Source of the DNA: Paracoccus suum
Lineage (GTDB): Bacteria; Pseudomonadota; Alphaproteobacteria; Rhodobacterales; Rhodobacteraceae
Length of the DNA stretch: 32,000 nucleotides
Assembly: GCF_003324675.1 (NCBI RefSeq)
Contig: NZ_CP030918.1
Location: 330,001 to 362,000, forward strand
Reading direction: 5' to 3'
The translations under genes and the position numbers were made by a program. The notes under the pieces were generated by a model. That model was not told the DNA's origin. It searched no databases and was given only the letters and a program-made list of their open reading frames with translations. Each line of letters starts with the position of its first letter. The first letter of the stretch is position 1. Below are positions 1 to 8,096 of the stretch, piece after piece.

Positions 1-987
1 GCGGGGCTGGCCATGTTCATCTGGCTGTTCATCGTGATGATCTGGGGCGCGGGCGGCGTTCTGCACCACGCCGAGGCGGTGGCCGAGCGCCTGGGCGAGC
101 CGCTGGGCACCCTGGTGCTGACCCTCGCCGTTGTCGGCATCGAGGTGGCGCTGATCGCCTCGGTCATGCTGACGGGCGAGAGCAAGCCGACCCTCGCGCG
201 CGATACAATGTTCGCCGTCGTGATGATCGTCCTGAACCTGCTGACCGGCATCTCGCTGCTGCTGGGCGCGCTGAAATTCGGCGAGCAGAACTACAACCTT
301 GCCGGCGCGCGCGCCTTTTTGTCGCTGATGCTGCCGCTGGCGATCTTTTCGATGATCCTGCCTGCCTACACCACTTCGCACCGGACACCGACCTTCTCCA
401 GCTTTCAGGCGCTGTTCTTTTCGATCGTGACGATCGTCCTCTATGGCCTGTTCCTGCTGATGCAGACCGTGCGTCACCGCGGCTATTTCACCGAACCGGA
501 GGAGCCCAAGGTCGAGGAGCACGGCCACGCCCAATACGCCACCTGGGTGCACGCGCTGCTGATGCTCGCGACTCTCGTGCCGATCGTGCTGCTGTCCAAG
601 ACGCTGGCCAAGTTCGTTGACCTCGGCCTCGATTCTCTCGGCCTGCCGGCGGCCTTGGGCGGCGTTCTGATCGCCATGATCGTGCTGATCCCCGAGGGCT
701 CGAGCGCGGTCAAGGCGGCGCTGCGCAACCGGCTGCAGCGCGCGATCAACCTCTGCCTCGGGGCGGCACTGTCGACAATCGGCCTGACCGTGCCGGTGGC
801 GCTGGGGATCGGCGCCTGGCTGGGGCAGGACGTCGTTCTGGGCCTGTCGCCGGTCAACCAGATCCTGCTCGCGACCTCGCTGATGACGGCAATCCTGACC
901 TTTGGCACCGCGCGCACGAATGTGCTGCACGGCGCGGTCCATATCGTCATGTTCCTGGCCTATCTGGCGCTGATCTTCGCCCCTTGA
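1..987 (+). CDS. ChaA/CaCA-type calcium(cation):proton antiporter, 5'-truncated by the window edge
   Basis: Polytopic membrane protein. The HHAEAVAERLGEPLGTLVLTLAVVGIEVALI segment is typical of the alpha-1 repeat of ChaA-like exchangers. The reading frame is open from nt 1 upstream of the first ATG at 13, and in ChaA this motif lies about 40 aa into the protein, so the gene probably starts outside the window. Confidence 0.7.
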   Translation, partial: AGLAMFIWLFIVMIWGAGGVLHHAEAVAERLGEPLGTLVLTLAVVGIEVALIASVMLTGESKPTLARDTMFAVVMIVLNLLTGISLLLGALKFGEQNYNLAGARAFLSLMLPLAIFSMILPAYTTSHRTPTFSSFQALFFSIVTIVLYGLFLLMQTVRHRGYFTEPEEPKVEEHGHAQYATWVHALLMLATLVPIVLLSKTLAKFVDLGLDSLGLPAALGGVLIAMIVLIPEGSSAVKAALRNRLQRAINLCLGAALSTIGLTVPVALGIGAWLGQDVVLGLSPVNQILLATSLMTAILTFGTARTNVLHGAVHIVMFLAYLALIFAP

Positions 988-1047
988 TGCCCTTTCCGCC
1001 GGGGCGCCCGGCGTGTAAACCCGGCCCCGCATGACAGCGAGGCCGCG

Positions 1048-2130
1048 ATGACCGATACCGACACCCTGCGCACCGATTGGCTGGCCCGCGTCGCCGAGGC
1101 CGCCGACGCGCCTGCGCTGGAGGCCGTGCGCCTCGCCGCCCTCGGCAAGAAGGGCGAGATCAGCGGCCTGATGAAGGAACTGGGGCGAATGACCCCCGAG
1201 GAACGGCAGTCCCGCGGCGCCGCCCTGAACCAGCTGCGTGACGAGGTCGACGCCGCCCTGCGCGCCCGCAAGCTGGGGCTGGAGGACGCCGCCCTCGACG
1301 CACGCCTGTCGGGCGAGTGGCTGGACGTGACCCTGCCCGGCCGTCCCCGCCCGCGCGGCACCATCCACCCTGTCAGCCAGGTGACCGAGGAGGTCATCGC
1401 GATCTTCGCTGACATGGGCTTCGCCGTCGCCGAGGGTCCGCAGGTCGAAAGTGACTGGTACAACTTCGACGCGCTGAACATCCCGCCCGAGCATCCCGCC
1501 CGGCAGGAGCATGACACCTTCTTCATGGCCCGCGCGGAAGGCGACAACCGCCCGCCCCACGTCCTGCGCACCCACACCAGCCCCGTCCAGATCCGCGCTT
1601 TGCAGGAGCGCGGAACGCCCGTACGCGTGATCGCCCCCGGCCGCGTCTACCGCATGGACATGGACCAGACCCACACACCGATGTTCCACCAGGTCGAGGG
1701 CATGGCCATCGATCGCGACATCTCGATGGCGCAGCTGAAATGGACGCTGGAGGAATTCTGCCGCGCCTTCTTCGAGGTGCCATCGGTCGAACTGCGCTTC
1801 CGCGCCTCGCATTTCCCCTTTACCGAGCCCTCCGCCGAGGTCGATATCCGCTGCTCATGGGAGGGCGGCCAGCTGAAACTGGGCGAGGGCGACAGCTGGC
1901 TGGAAATCCTCGGCAGCGGGATGATGCACCCGAAGGTGCTGGAGGCGGCCGGGGTTGATCCGACGCAGTGGCAGGGGTTTGCCTTCGGGATGGGCATCGA
2001 CCGGATTGCGATGCTGAAATATGGAATCCCGGATTTGCGGGCGTTTTTCGAGAGCGACCTGCGGTGGCTGCGGCATTACGGGTTTGCGGCGGGGGATGTG
2101 CCGGCGGTGAGTGGCGGGTTGAGTAGCTGA
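1048..2130 (+). CDS. pheS: Phenylalanine--tRNA ligase alpha subunit
   Basis: 360 aa. Class II aaRS motifs are present ([30 protein letters not shown]) and the C-terminus [10 protein letters not shown] is typical of alphaproteobacterial PheS. ATG verified at 1048. Confidence 0.97.
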   Translation: MTDTDTLRTDWLARVAEAADAPALEAVRLAALGKKGEISGLMKELGRMTPEERQSRGAALNQLRDEVDAALRARKLGLEDAALDARLSGEWLDVTLPGRPRPRGTIHPVSQVTEEVIAIFADMGFAVAEGPQVESDWYNFDALNIPPEHPARQEHDTFFMARAEGDNRPPHVLRTHTSPVQIRALQERGTPVRVIAPGRVYRMDMDQTHTPMFHQVEGMAIDRDISMAQLKWTLEEFCRAFFEVPSVELRFRASHFPFTEPSAEVDIRCSWEGGQLKLGEGDSWLEILGSGMMHPKVLEAAGVDPTQWQGFAFGMGIDRIAMLKYGIPDLRAFFESDLRWLRHYGFAAGDVPAVSGGLSS

Positions 2131-2239
2131 TCGGCGTGCAATAGTCCGCCGTCGACGTGCGGAACGCGCACGGGTGTTTACATCTTGTTAACGGATGGGC
2201 TTTATGATTAGGAGTCGTGCTTTTGACGAGGGTGAACCG

Positions 2240-2485
2240 ATGACGCAACTTTCCAGTGCTATCCGAACGGTGGTTTTCCAGACGGAGTGTGGGACCTACG
2301 TCGCGCAATGCCTCGACCACGATATCTGTGTGCAAGCTCCTACGGAGCAGCTTCTCAAAGATCGCCTTCTTACCGTTTTACTGGCGGAAGGTGACAACTT
2401 AGCACATATTGGGGCAGCGCCAGAAGAGTTCCACAAAATGTGGGAATCACCTGAGCTTCGTCTTGAATCTTTAGCCGCTGCTTGA
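2240..2485 (+). CDS. Small protein with a HicB-N-terminal/UPF0150-like motif pattern (putative antitoxin, no DNA-binding domain)
   Basis: The ORF track gives 2195..2485. The internal ATG at 2240 is preferred because GAGGGTG lies 5 nt upstream. IRTVVFQTECGTYVAQCLDHDICVQAPTEQLLKDRLLTVLL follows the beta-beta-beta-alpha pattern of the HicB N-domain (compare YPVxLxPxxEGGYxVxFxDxPxxxTQGxT). GC is low relative to the flanks. No HTH or RHH tail is present. Confidence 0.45.
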   Translation: MTQLSSAIRTVVFQTECGTYVAQCLDHDICVQAPTEQLLKDRLLTVLLAEGDNLAHIGAAPEEFHKMWESPELRLESLAAA

Positions 2486-2491
2486 GGTCTT

Positions 2492-2737
2492 ATGTCTGCT
2501 CCCTTCGCTCCGTCGCCCAAGTTAGAGGCGTACATCGAATGGGCATTGGGACAAGGATGTCGGGTCGAGGACGGTGTGGTGGGCGTGGACCATGTGCGTC
2601 GGATCACCGCTTCGACCGGATCGAGCGTGACTCTGCCAGACTATGGACCTGAGCCCCTATGTCACCAGACGGTGGCGTACATCGACAGGCGGTTGGGATT
2701 AAACAGCCCCTTTCCGAAGACCCCAGACGAGTACTGA
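2492..2737 (+). CDS. Small protein with a HicA/YcfA-like motif order (putative mRNA-interferase toxin)
   Basis: 81 aa. The ATG at 2492 lies 6 nt after the upstream stop, with GAGG 4 nt upstream. The N-terminal helix EAYIEWALGQGCRV matches the HicA W-x-x-x-Q-G-x-x-V pattern. This is followed by a central His strand (VDHVRRI), a strand SSVTLPDY, and a C-terminal helix ending RRLGL, as in HicA ..LKQLGL. The assignment rests on motif resemblance only. Confidence 0.45.
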   Translation: MSAPFAPSPKLEAYIEWALGQGCRVEDGVVGVDHVRRITASTGSSVTLPDYGPEPLCHQTVAYIDRRLGLNSPFPKTPDEY

Positions 2738-2748
2738 GTTTATTCTGA

Positions 2749-5136
2749 ATGAAATTCACCGTCTCCTGGCTCCGTGATCATCTAGACTCCACCGCTGCGC
2801 TCTCTGAAATCACCGACGCCCTCACCGACCTCGGCCTCGAGGTCGAGGGCGTCACCGATCCCGCCGCCAAGCTCACCCCCTTCACCGTCGCGCGGATCGA
2901 GCATGCCGAGCAACATCCTGACGCCGACCGCCTCCGTGTCTGCCGCGTCATGACCGACGAGGGCGAAAAGCAGATCGTTTGCGGGGCGCCGAATGCGCGC
3001 GCCGGGATCACGGTCGTTCTAGCCAAGCCCGGCGACTATGTCCCCGGCATCGATACCACCCTCGGCATCGGCAAGATCCGCGGCGTCGAGAGCCACGGCA
3101 TGATGGCCTCTGAGCGCGAGCTGGAGCTGTCGGAGGAGCATGAGGGCATCATCGAGCTGCCCTCGGGCGAGGTCGGGCAGAAATTCGTGGACTGGCTGGC
3201 GCAGAACGCGCCCGAAAAGATCGACCCGGTGATCGAGATCAAGGTCACGCCTAACCGGCCCGACGCGCTCGGCATCCGCGGCATTGCCCGCGACCTCGCG
3301 GCGCGGGGCCTCGGCACGCTGCGGCCGGAAAAGACGTCGGCAATCGAGGGCACCTTCGACAGCCCGATAAAGGTCATCATCGATCCGGCCGTGGCCACCC
3401 AGAACCCGGTCTTTGCCGGGCGCGTCATCCGCGGCGTCACGAACGGCCCCTCGCCCGAATGGCTGCAGCGGCGGCTGAAGGCGATCGGGCTGCGGCCGAT
3501 CAGCACGCTGGTGGACATCACCAACCTCTTCACCTTCGATCTGAACCGGCCGCTGCACGTCTTTGATGCCGACAAGGTCGCGGGCGACCTGCATGTGCGC
3601 CCGGCGCGGGCGGGGGAAAGCATCCTCGCGCTCGACGACAAGACCTATGCTCTGCCCGAGGGCATGATAATCATCGCGGATGACAGCGGCCCCGAGAGCA
3701 TCGCCGGGATCATGGGCGGCGCAGCCTCGGGCGTGTCAGCCGACACGGTGAACGTGTTCCTGGAAAGCGCCTATTGGGACCCTATCACCATTGCCGCCAA
3801 CGGTCGCCGGCTGAAGATCAACAGCGATGCCCGCTATCGGTTCGAGCGCGGGGTTGATCCGGCCTTCACCATTCCGGGACTCGATCTGGCGACGCAGATG
3901 ATCCTCGATCTGTGCGGCGGCACGGCCTCGCATGCCGTGACCGCTGGCGCGCTGCCGGACACCGCGCGTGCCTACCGGCTCGACCCGGCACGGACCCAGC
4001 GACTGGTGGGGATGGACATCCCGGAGGCCGATCAGCGCCGCACGCTGGAGGCGCTGGGCTTTCGCATGGACGGCGACATGGCGCAGGTGCCGAGCTGGCG
4101 CCCCGACGTTCAGGGCGAGGCTGACCTGGTCGAGGAAATCGCGCGCATCGCGAGCTTGACCCGCCTCAAGGGCGTGCCGTTGCCGCGTCCGGCGCCCGGC
4201 GTTCCGGCCCCGGTCCTGACCGCGCAGCAGCAGCGCGAGGGCGCGGCCCGGCGCATGGCGGCAGCGCTCGGCTATAACGAATGCGTCAGCTATAGCTTCA
4301 TCGACGGCGCCGCGGCCGCCCTGTTCGGTGGCGGCAGCGAGGCCGTGCGGCTGGAAAACCCGATCAGCAGCGAGATGACGCATCTGCGGCCCGACCTGCT
4401 GCCCGGCCTCCTCGCGGCGGCGGCGCGCAACCAGGCGCGCGGGTTCATGGACCTCGCCCTGTTCGAGCTTGGCCCGGTCTTTGCCGGCGGCGAGCCGGGC
4501 GAGCAGGCCGTGCATCTGACCGGGCTGCTGGTTGGCGCGGCGGCGCCGCGCGATCCCTACAACTCGCAGCGGCCGGTGGATGTCTATGACGCCAAGGCCG
4601 ATGTCGAGGCGATCCTGTCGACCATCGGCGCGCCCGCGCGCACCCAGATCGACCGCCGCCTCGACGGCTGGTGGCATCCGGGCCGCGCCGGCAACATGGG
4701 TCTGGGCAAGACCCGCCTCGCCAGCTTTGGCGAGGTTCATCCGCGCGTTGTGAAGGCGATGGGGATCAAGGGTCCCGCGGTCGCCTTTACCATCCACATC
4801 GCCAATGTGCCGCTGCCCAAGACCAAAACCCCGACCCGGCCGCCGCTGGCGAGTTCGGACCTTCAGGCGGTCGAGCGGGACTTCGCCTTCGTGGTCGACC
4901 CGCAAGTCGAGGCACTGGCGATCGTCAATGCCGCCCAGGGCGCGGACAAGGCGCTGATCGAAAGCGTGCGGGTGTTCGACCAGTTCACCGGCCTCGCGGA
5001 CGGGCGCAAGTCGGTCGCGATCACCGCGCGCCTTCAGCCGCGCGACAAGACACTGACCGAGGCCGAGATCGAGGCGGTGGCCGCGAAGATCGTCGAAAAG
5101 GTCGCCAAGGCCACGGGTGGCGCGCTGCGGTCATAG
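2749..5136 (+). CDS. pheT: Phenylalanine--tRNA ligase beta subunit
   Basis: 795 aa. It has the N-terminal MKFTxSWLRDHLD and tRNA-binding domain, B3/4 and B5 domains, and the C-terminal FDQFTG...SVAITARLQP anticodon-binding-like FDX-ACB domain. The ATG at 2749 lies 11 nt after the upstream ORF stop. Confidence 0.97.
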   Translation: MKFTVSWLRDHLDSTAALSEITDALTDLGLEVEGVTDPAAKLTPFTVARIEHAEQHPDADRLRVCRVMTDEGEKQIVCGAPNARAGITVVLAKPGDYVPGIDTTLGIGKIRGVESHGMMASERELELSEEHEGIIELPSGEVGQKFVDWLAQNAPEKIDPVIEIKVTPNRPDALGIRGIARDLAARGLGTLRPEKTSAIEGTFDSPIKVIIDPAVATQNPVFAGRVIRGVTNGPSPEWLQRRLKAIGLRPISTLVDITNLFTFDLNRPLHVFDADKVAGDLHVRPARAGESILALDDKTYALPEGMIIIADDSGPESIAGIMGGAASGVSADTVNVFLESAYWDPITIAANGRRLKINSDARYRFERGVDPAFTIPGLDLATQMILDLCGGTASHAVTAGALPDTARAYRLDPARTQRLVGMDIPEADQRRTLEALGFRMDGDMAQVPSWRPDVQGEADLVEEIARIASLTRLKGVPLPRPAPGVPAPVLTAQQQREGAARRMAAALGYNECVSYSFIDGAAAALFGGGSEAVRLENPISSEMTHLRPDLLPGLLAAAARNQARGFMDLALFELGPVFAGGEPGEQAVHLTGLLVGAAAPRDPYNSQRPVDVYDAKADVEAILSTIGAPARTQIDRRLDGWWHPGRAGNMGLGKTRLASFGEVHPRVVKAMGIKGPAVAFTIHIANVPLPKTKTPTRPPLASSDLQAVERDFAFVVDPQVEALAIVNAAQGADKALIESVRVFDQFTGLADGRKSVAITARLQPRDKTLTEAEIEAVAAKIVEKVAKATGGALRS

Positions 5137-5164
5137 CCGCGCGCCACCCGCCAAGGTCTGACTG

Positions 5165-5863
5165 TCAGGCAGCGCCTACGGTCAGGCCCTTTTGCACCGC
5201 CGGCCGGGCCTCCCAGGCCGTGACCCAGCGGCCGACATTGGCGAAGTTATCGAGGCCGGTCTCGGCTGCGGCGTTGTAATTGCCGCGCAGGTTCCGAACC
5301 CAAGGGGCGGTCGCGATATCCGCGATCGAATATTCGCCCGTGATCCAGTCGCGTCCCTCGAGTTGCCGGTCGAGGACGCCCAGCAGGCGGTTCGCCTCGG
5401 CAAAGTAGCGCTCTCGCGGGCGCGGGTCCTCGATCTCCTTGCCCTTGTAGCGGTGGAAATAGCCGACCTGGCCGAACATCGGCCCGACGCCGCCCATCTG
5501 GAACATCAGCCATTGCAGGGTGTGGTAGCGTTCTGCACCGTCCTTCGGCAGGAAGCGGCCGGTCTTGTCGCCAAGATAGATCAGGATCGCGCCTGATTCG
5601 AACAAGCCCAATGGCTTCCCGCCCGGTCCGTCTGGATCGAGGATCGCGGGGATCTTGTTGTTGGGGCTGAGGCTCAGGAACTCGGGCGTCATCTGGTCGG
5701 CGGCCTCGCCGATGTCGATGTGGTGCGTCTCATAGGGCAGGCCCAGCTCTTCGAGCATGACCGAAACCTTGACGCCGTTGGGCGTCGGCAGCCCGTAATA
5801 CTGCAGCCGTTCAGGGTGGCGGGGCGGCCAACGCCGCGTGATCGGAAAATCGGTGATCTGCAT
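5165..5863 (-). CDS. Glutathione S-transferase family protein (Nu-class, YfcG/YghU-like)
   Basis: The start was re-assigned to the ATG at 5863 ([11 protein letters not shown]...), because the track's N-terminal extension overlaps msc[48 protein letters not shown] and [11 protein letters not shown] closely match Nu-class GSTs. Confidence 0.9.
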   Translation of the reverse strand: MQITDFPITRRWPPRHPERLQYYGLPTPNGVKVSVMLEELGLPYETHHIDIGEAADQMTPEFLSLSPNNKIPAILDPDGPGGKPLGLFESGAILIYLGDKTGRFLPKDGAERYHTLQWLMFQMGGVGPMFGQVGYFHRYKGKEIEDPRPRERYFAEANRLLGVLDRQLEGRDWITGEYSIADIATAPWVRNLRGNYNAAAETGLDNFANVGRWVTAWEARPAVQKGLTVGAA

Positions 5864-5948
5864 CTTGCGTTCCACTGTGGCGATTGCTCGAAATGAGGTA
5901 TGCTCGCGCCCGGGCGGGAACAACCCGCGCCGAAACACCGAGGGACAC

Positions 5949-6416
5949 ATGATCCAGGAATTCAAGGAATTCATCGCCCGGGGCAATGTCATGGACATGG
6001 CCGTGGGCATCATCATCGGCGCCGCCTTCACGGCCATCGTCACCTCGCTGGTCGGTGACCTGATCAACCCCCTGATCGGCCTGATCACCGGCGGCACCGA
6101 TTTCAGCGGCTATTACGCCGTCCTCAAGGGCACCGTCCCCGAGGGCGCGACCCTGCAGCAGGCGCGCGATGCCGGCGCCTCGGTCTTTGCCTACGGCGCG
6201 TTCCTGTCGGCCATCATCAACTTCCTGATCATCGCCTTTGTCGTCTTCCTGCTGGTCAAGGCCGTGAACCGGATCAAGGAAACCGCCATCCGCAAGAAGG
6301 AGGTGGCCGAGGTCGCCGCGGGTCCGACCCAGGAGGAACTGCTGGCCCAGATCCGCGACCTGCTGGCCGAACGTCGCGCCACGGTCGGAACGCCGATCCC
6401 CGACCGCCTCGCCTGA
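5949..6416 (+). CDS. mscL: Large-conductance mechanosensitive channel
   Basis: The start was re-assigned to the ATG at 5949. [44 protein letters not shown] is the canonical MscL N-terminus and TM1. Confidence 0.95.
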   Translation: MIQEFKEFIARGNVMDMAVGIIIGAAFTAIVTSLVGDLINPLIGLITGGTDFSGYYAVLKGTVPEGATLQQARDAGASVFAYGAFLSAIINFLIIAFVVFLLVKAVNRIKETAIRKKEVAEVAAGPTQEELLAQIRDLLAERRATVGTPIPDRLA

Positions 6417-6453
6417 GGGATGTGCGCGGGGTCCAGACCCCGGGCCTACTTTG

Positions 6454-7572
6454 TCAGAGGCCCAGCGCGGCCTCGGGGGTCAGACTTTCCAGCCCCAGCG
6501 CCTCGCCCACCGGCGGCGAGGTCAGACGCCCCTGATCGATCGCCAGCCCGGCCCGCAGGTGCGGGTTGGCGAGCAGCGCCTCGCGCCAGCCCTTGTCGGC
6601 CAGTTGCAGCACGAACGGCAGCGTCGCGTTCCCGAGCGCCTGTGTCGAGGTCCGCGCCACGGCGCCCGGCATGTTGCCCACGCAGTAATGCATCACCCCG
6701 TCGACCTCGTAGATCGGATCCTGGTGAGTGGTCGCATGCGAGGTCTCGAAGCAGCCGCCCTGATCGATGGCGACGTCCACGAGGGCCGAGCCGGGCATCA
6801 TCGTCGACAGCTGCGCGCGGGTCACCAGCTTGGGTGCGGCTGCACCCGGGATCAGCACCGCGCCGATGACCAGATCGGCGGTCGGCAGCAGTTCGGCAAT
6901 CGCGGCTTCGCTGGAATACTGGGTGGTCAGCGTGCCCATGAAGACATCATCAAGATAGCTGAGCCGCGGGATAGAGCGGTCGAGGACGGTAACGTTCGCG
7001 CCCATGCCGACCGCAACCCGCGCCGCCGCGGTGCCGACGACCCCGCCGCCGACGATCACGACCCGTGCCGGGCGCACGCCCGGAACGCCGCCGAGCAGGA
7101 CCCCGCGTCCGCCATTGGCCTTTTGCAGCGTCCAGGCCCCGACCTGCGGGGCCAGGCGTCCCGCGACCTCGGACATTGGGGCCAGCAGCGGCAGGCCGCC
7201 CATGCGGTCGGTGACCGTCTCGTAGGCGATGGCGGTCGCGCCCGAGGCGAGCAGGTCGCGTGTCTGATCGGGATCGGGGGCGAGATGCAGATAGGTGAAC
7301 AGCACCTGCCCCGGGCGCAGAAGGTGACGCTCGGTCGCCTGCGGCTCCTTCACCTTCACGACCAGGTCGGCGGCGGCAAAAACGCTGGCCGCGTCGGGCA
7401 GGATCGCGGCGCCTGCCGCGATATAGTCGTCGTCACTAAAGCCTGAACCAAGGCCCGCGCCGGCCTGGATCACGACGTCATGGCCGTGACTGACGGCCTC
7501 GCGCGCCGCGGCCGGCGTCAGGCCGACGCGGAACTCCTGTGGTTTGATCTCCGTCGGGCATCCGATCTTCAT
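6454..7572 (-). CDS. ald: Alanine dehydrogenase
   Basis: The start was re-assigned to the ATG at 7572 (MKIGCPTEIKPQEFRVGLTP...). 372 aa with the Rossmann motif VVIVGGGVVGTAAA and overall AlaDH/PNT family layout. Confidence 0.95.
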   Translation of the reverse strand: MKIGCPTEIKPQEFRVGLTPAAAREAVSHGHDVVIQAGAGLGSGFSDDDYIAAGAAILPDAASVFAAADLVVKVKEPQATERHLLRPGQVLFTYLHLAPDPDQTRDLLASGATAIAYETVTDRMGGLPLLAPMSEVAGRLAPQVGAWTLQKANGGRGVLLGGVPGVRPARVVIVGGGVVGTAAARVAVGMGANVTVLDRSIPRLSYLDDVFMGTLTTQYSSEAAIAELLPTADLVIGAVLIPGAAAPKLVTRAQLSTMMPGSALVDVAIDQGGCFETSHATTHQDPIYEVDGVMHYCVGNMPGAVARTSTQALGNATLPFVLQLADKGWREALLANPHLRAGLAIDQGRLTSPPVGEALGLESLTPEAALGL

Positions 7573-8096
7573 GTTGATTCCCCGTTGATTTGTCTGTGTG
7601 GGCAGCTTGGCGCAAGGCGGCCGCGATGTCTCGCCCGGCGCTGTCGTTGGATCGCCTGGCCGCGGAAAATGCTTCCTCGAAGTTGCGTTTGTCACGCGAG
7701 GGAAAGGGTCATCTGACCGACTGCAAAGCTACCAATGTCCATGGCTCCATTTCGGCCTTGCGCGATGACGCCACAGCTTTTGATGATGCTAAGTGACGGC
7801 CTTCTTTGCGGTTCGCGAGGCAGCGTGCGCGCTCGCCCTAGAGCAGACGGCCGGTATCCTACGTCCTCAGACAGACGGGGATCAGGTTGCTCTCAATAGC
7901 GCGCCGCCGCGCGACCCTGGTTGAGTCACGCTCGGTCGTTAATCTTCTCGCGGAACCTGCAGAATGGGGGCCGCCGTTGAGCTTGGTTGTAGACCGCCGT
8001 GATCCGTTAACCATGGGGGGCCCCATTGGAAACTACCCCCTTGAGTTATTGAACTAATCCTCTAGGGAGAGTCTGGATCTGCATGAGGGGGTAGGG

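Noticed and set aside
2177-2208. A sigma70-like promoter for the inserted cassette (TTTACA 2177-2182 or TTGTTA 2185-2190, with TATGAT 2203-2208).
   Set aside because: The spacers are 20 nt and 12 nt respectively, outside the functional 16-18 nt range. E. coli-type consensus is also a poor guide in alphaproteobacteria.
3736-4905. A 389-aa antisense ORF inside pheT. Similar long antisense or alternate-frame ORFs occur elsewhere, for example 6451..7446, 11050..12063, 12171..13061, 19001..20113, 20552..21994, 22940..24037, 24812..26140, 25192..26451, 26429..27598, 27619..28605, 28650..29807 and 30417..31472.
   Set aside because: All of them overlap genes with unambiguous family signatures on the other strand or frame. 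Their translations are Arg/Gly/Pro/Ala-rich with no recognisable motifs. This is the expected artefact of stop-codon-poor frames in high-GC DNA.
5864-6097. N-terminal extensions suggested by the ORF track: GST to 6097, mscL from 5838, ald to 7695, enoyl-CoA hydratase from 23931, fsr from 25064, accD to 28704, the DsrE-like gene from 30198 and fliE to 17930.
   Set aside because: The extensions overlap neighbouring genes or intergenic promoters and lack family similarity. Internal ATGs coincide with canonical family N-termini and, in most cases, with upstream Shine-Dalgarno-like sequences.
6425-6442. A short GC hairpin (cgggg/ccccg) between convergent mscL and ald, considered as a terminator. 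A similar 6-bp hairpin lies at 998-1012 after the antiporter gene.
   Set aside because: The stems are only 5-6 bp and have no following T-run on either strand. This is too weak to call.
7590-7796. A 68-aa ORF (and 7480..7716, 78 aa) in the ald-RTX spacer, considered as a possible small regulator such as a remnant of an Lrp-type gene.
   Set aside because: There is no HTH or Lrp/AsnC-like motif and no obvious ribosome-binding site, and the composition is unremarkable. It may still be worth a tblastn check but cannot be supported from the sequence.
8011-8030. The palindromic-looking ccatggggggccccattgg, considered as a possible IS or integration-site inverted repeat.
   Set aside because: It is imperfect (G6 versus C4), occurs only once, and has no matching partner at the other end of the RTX segment.
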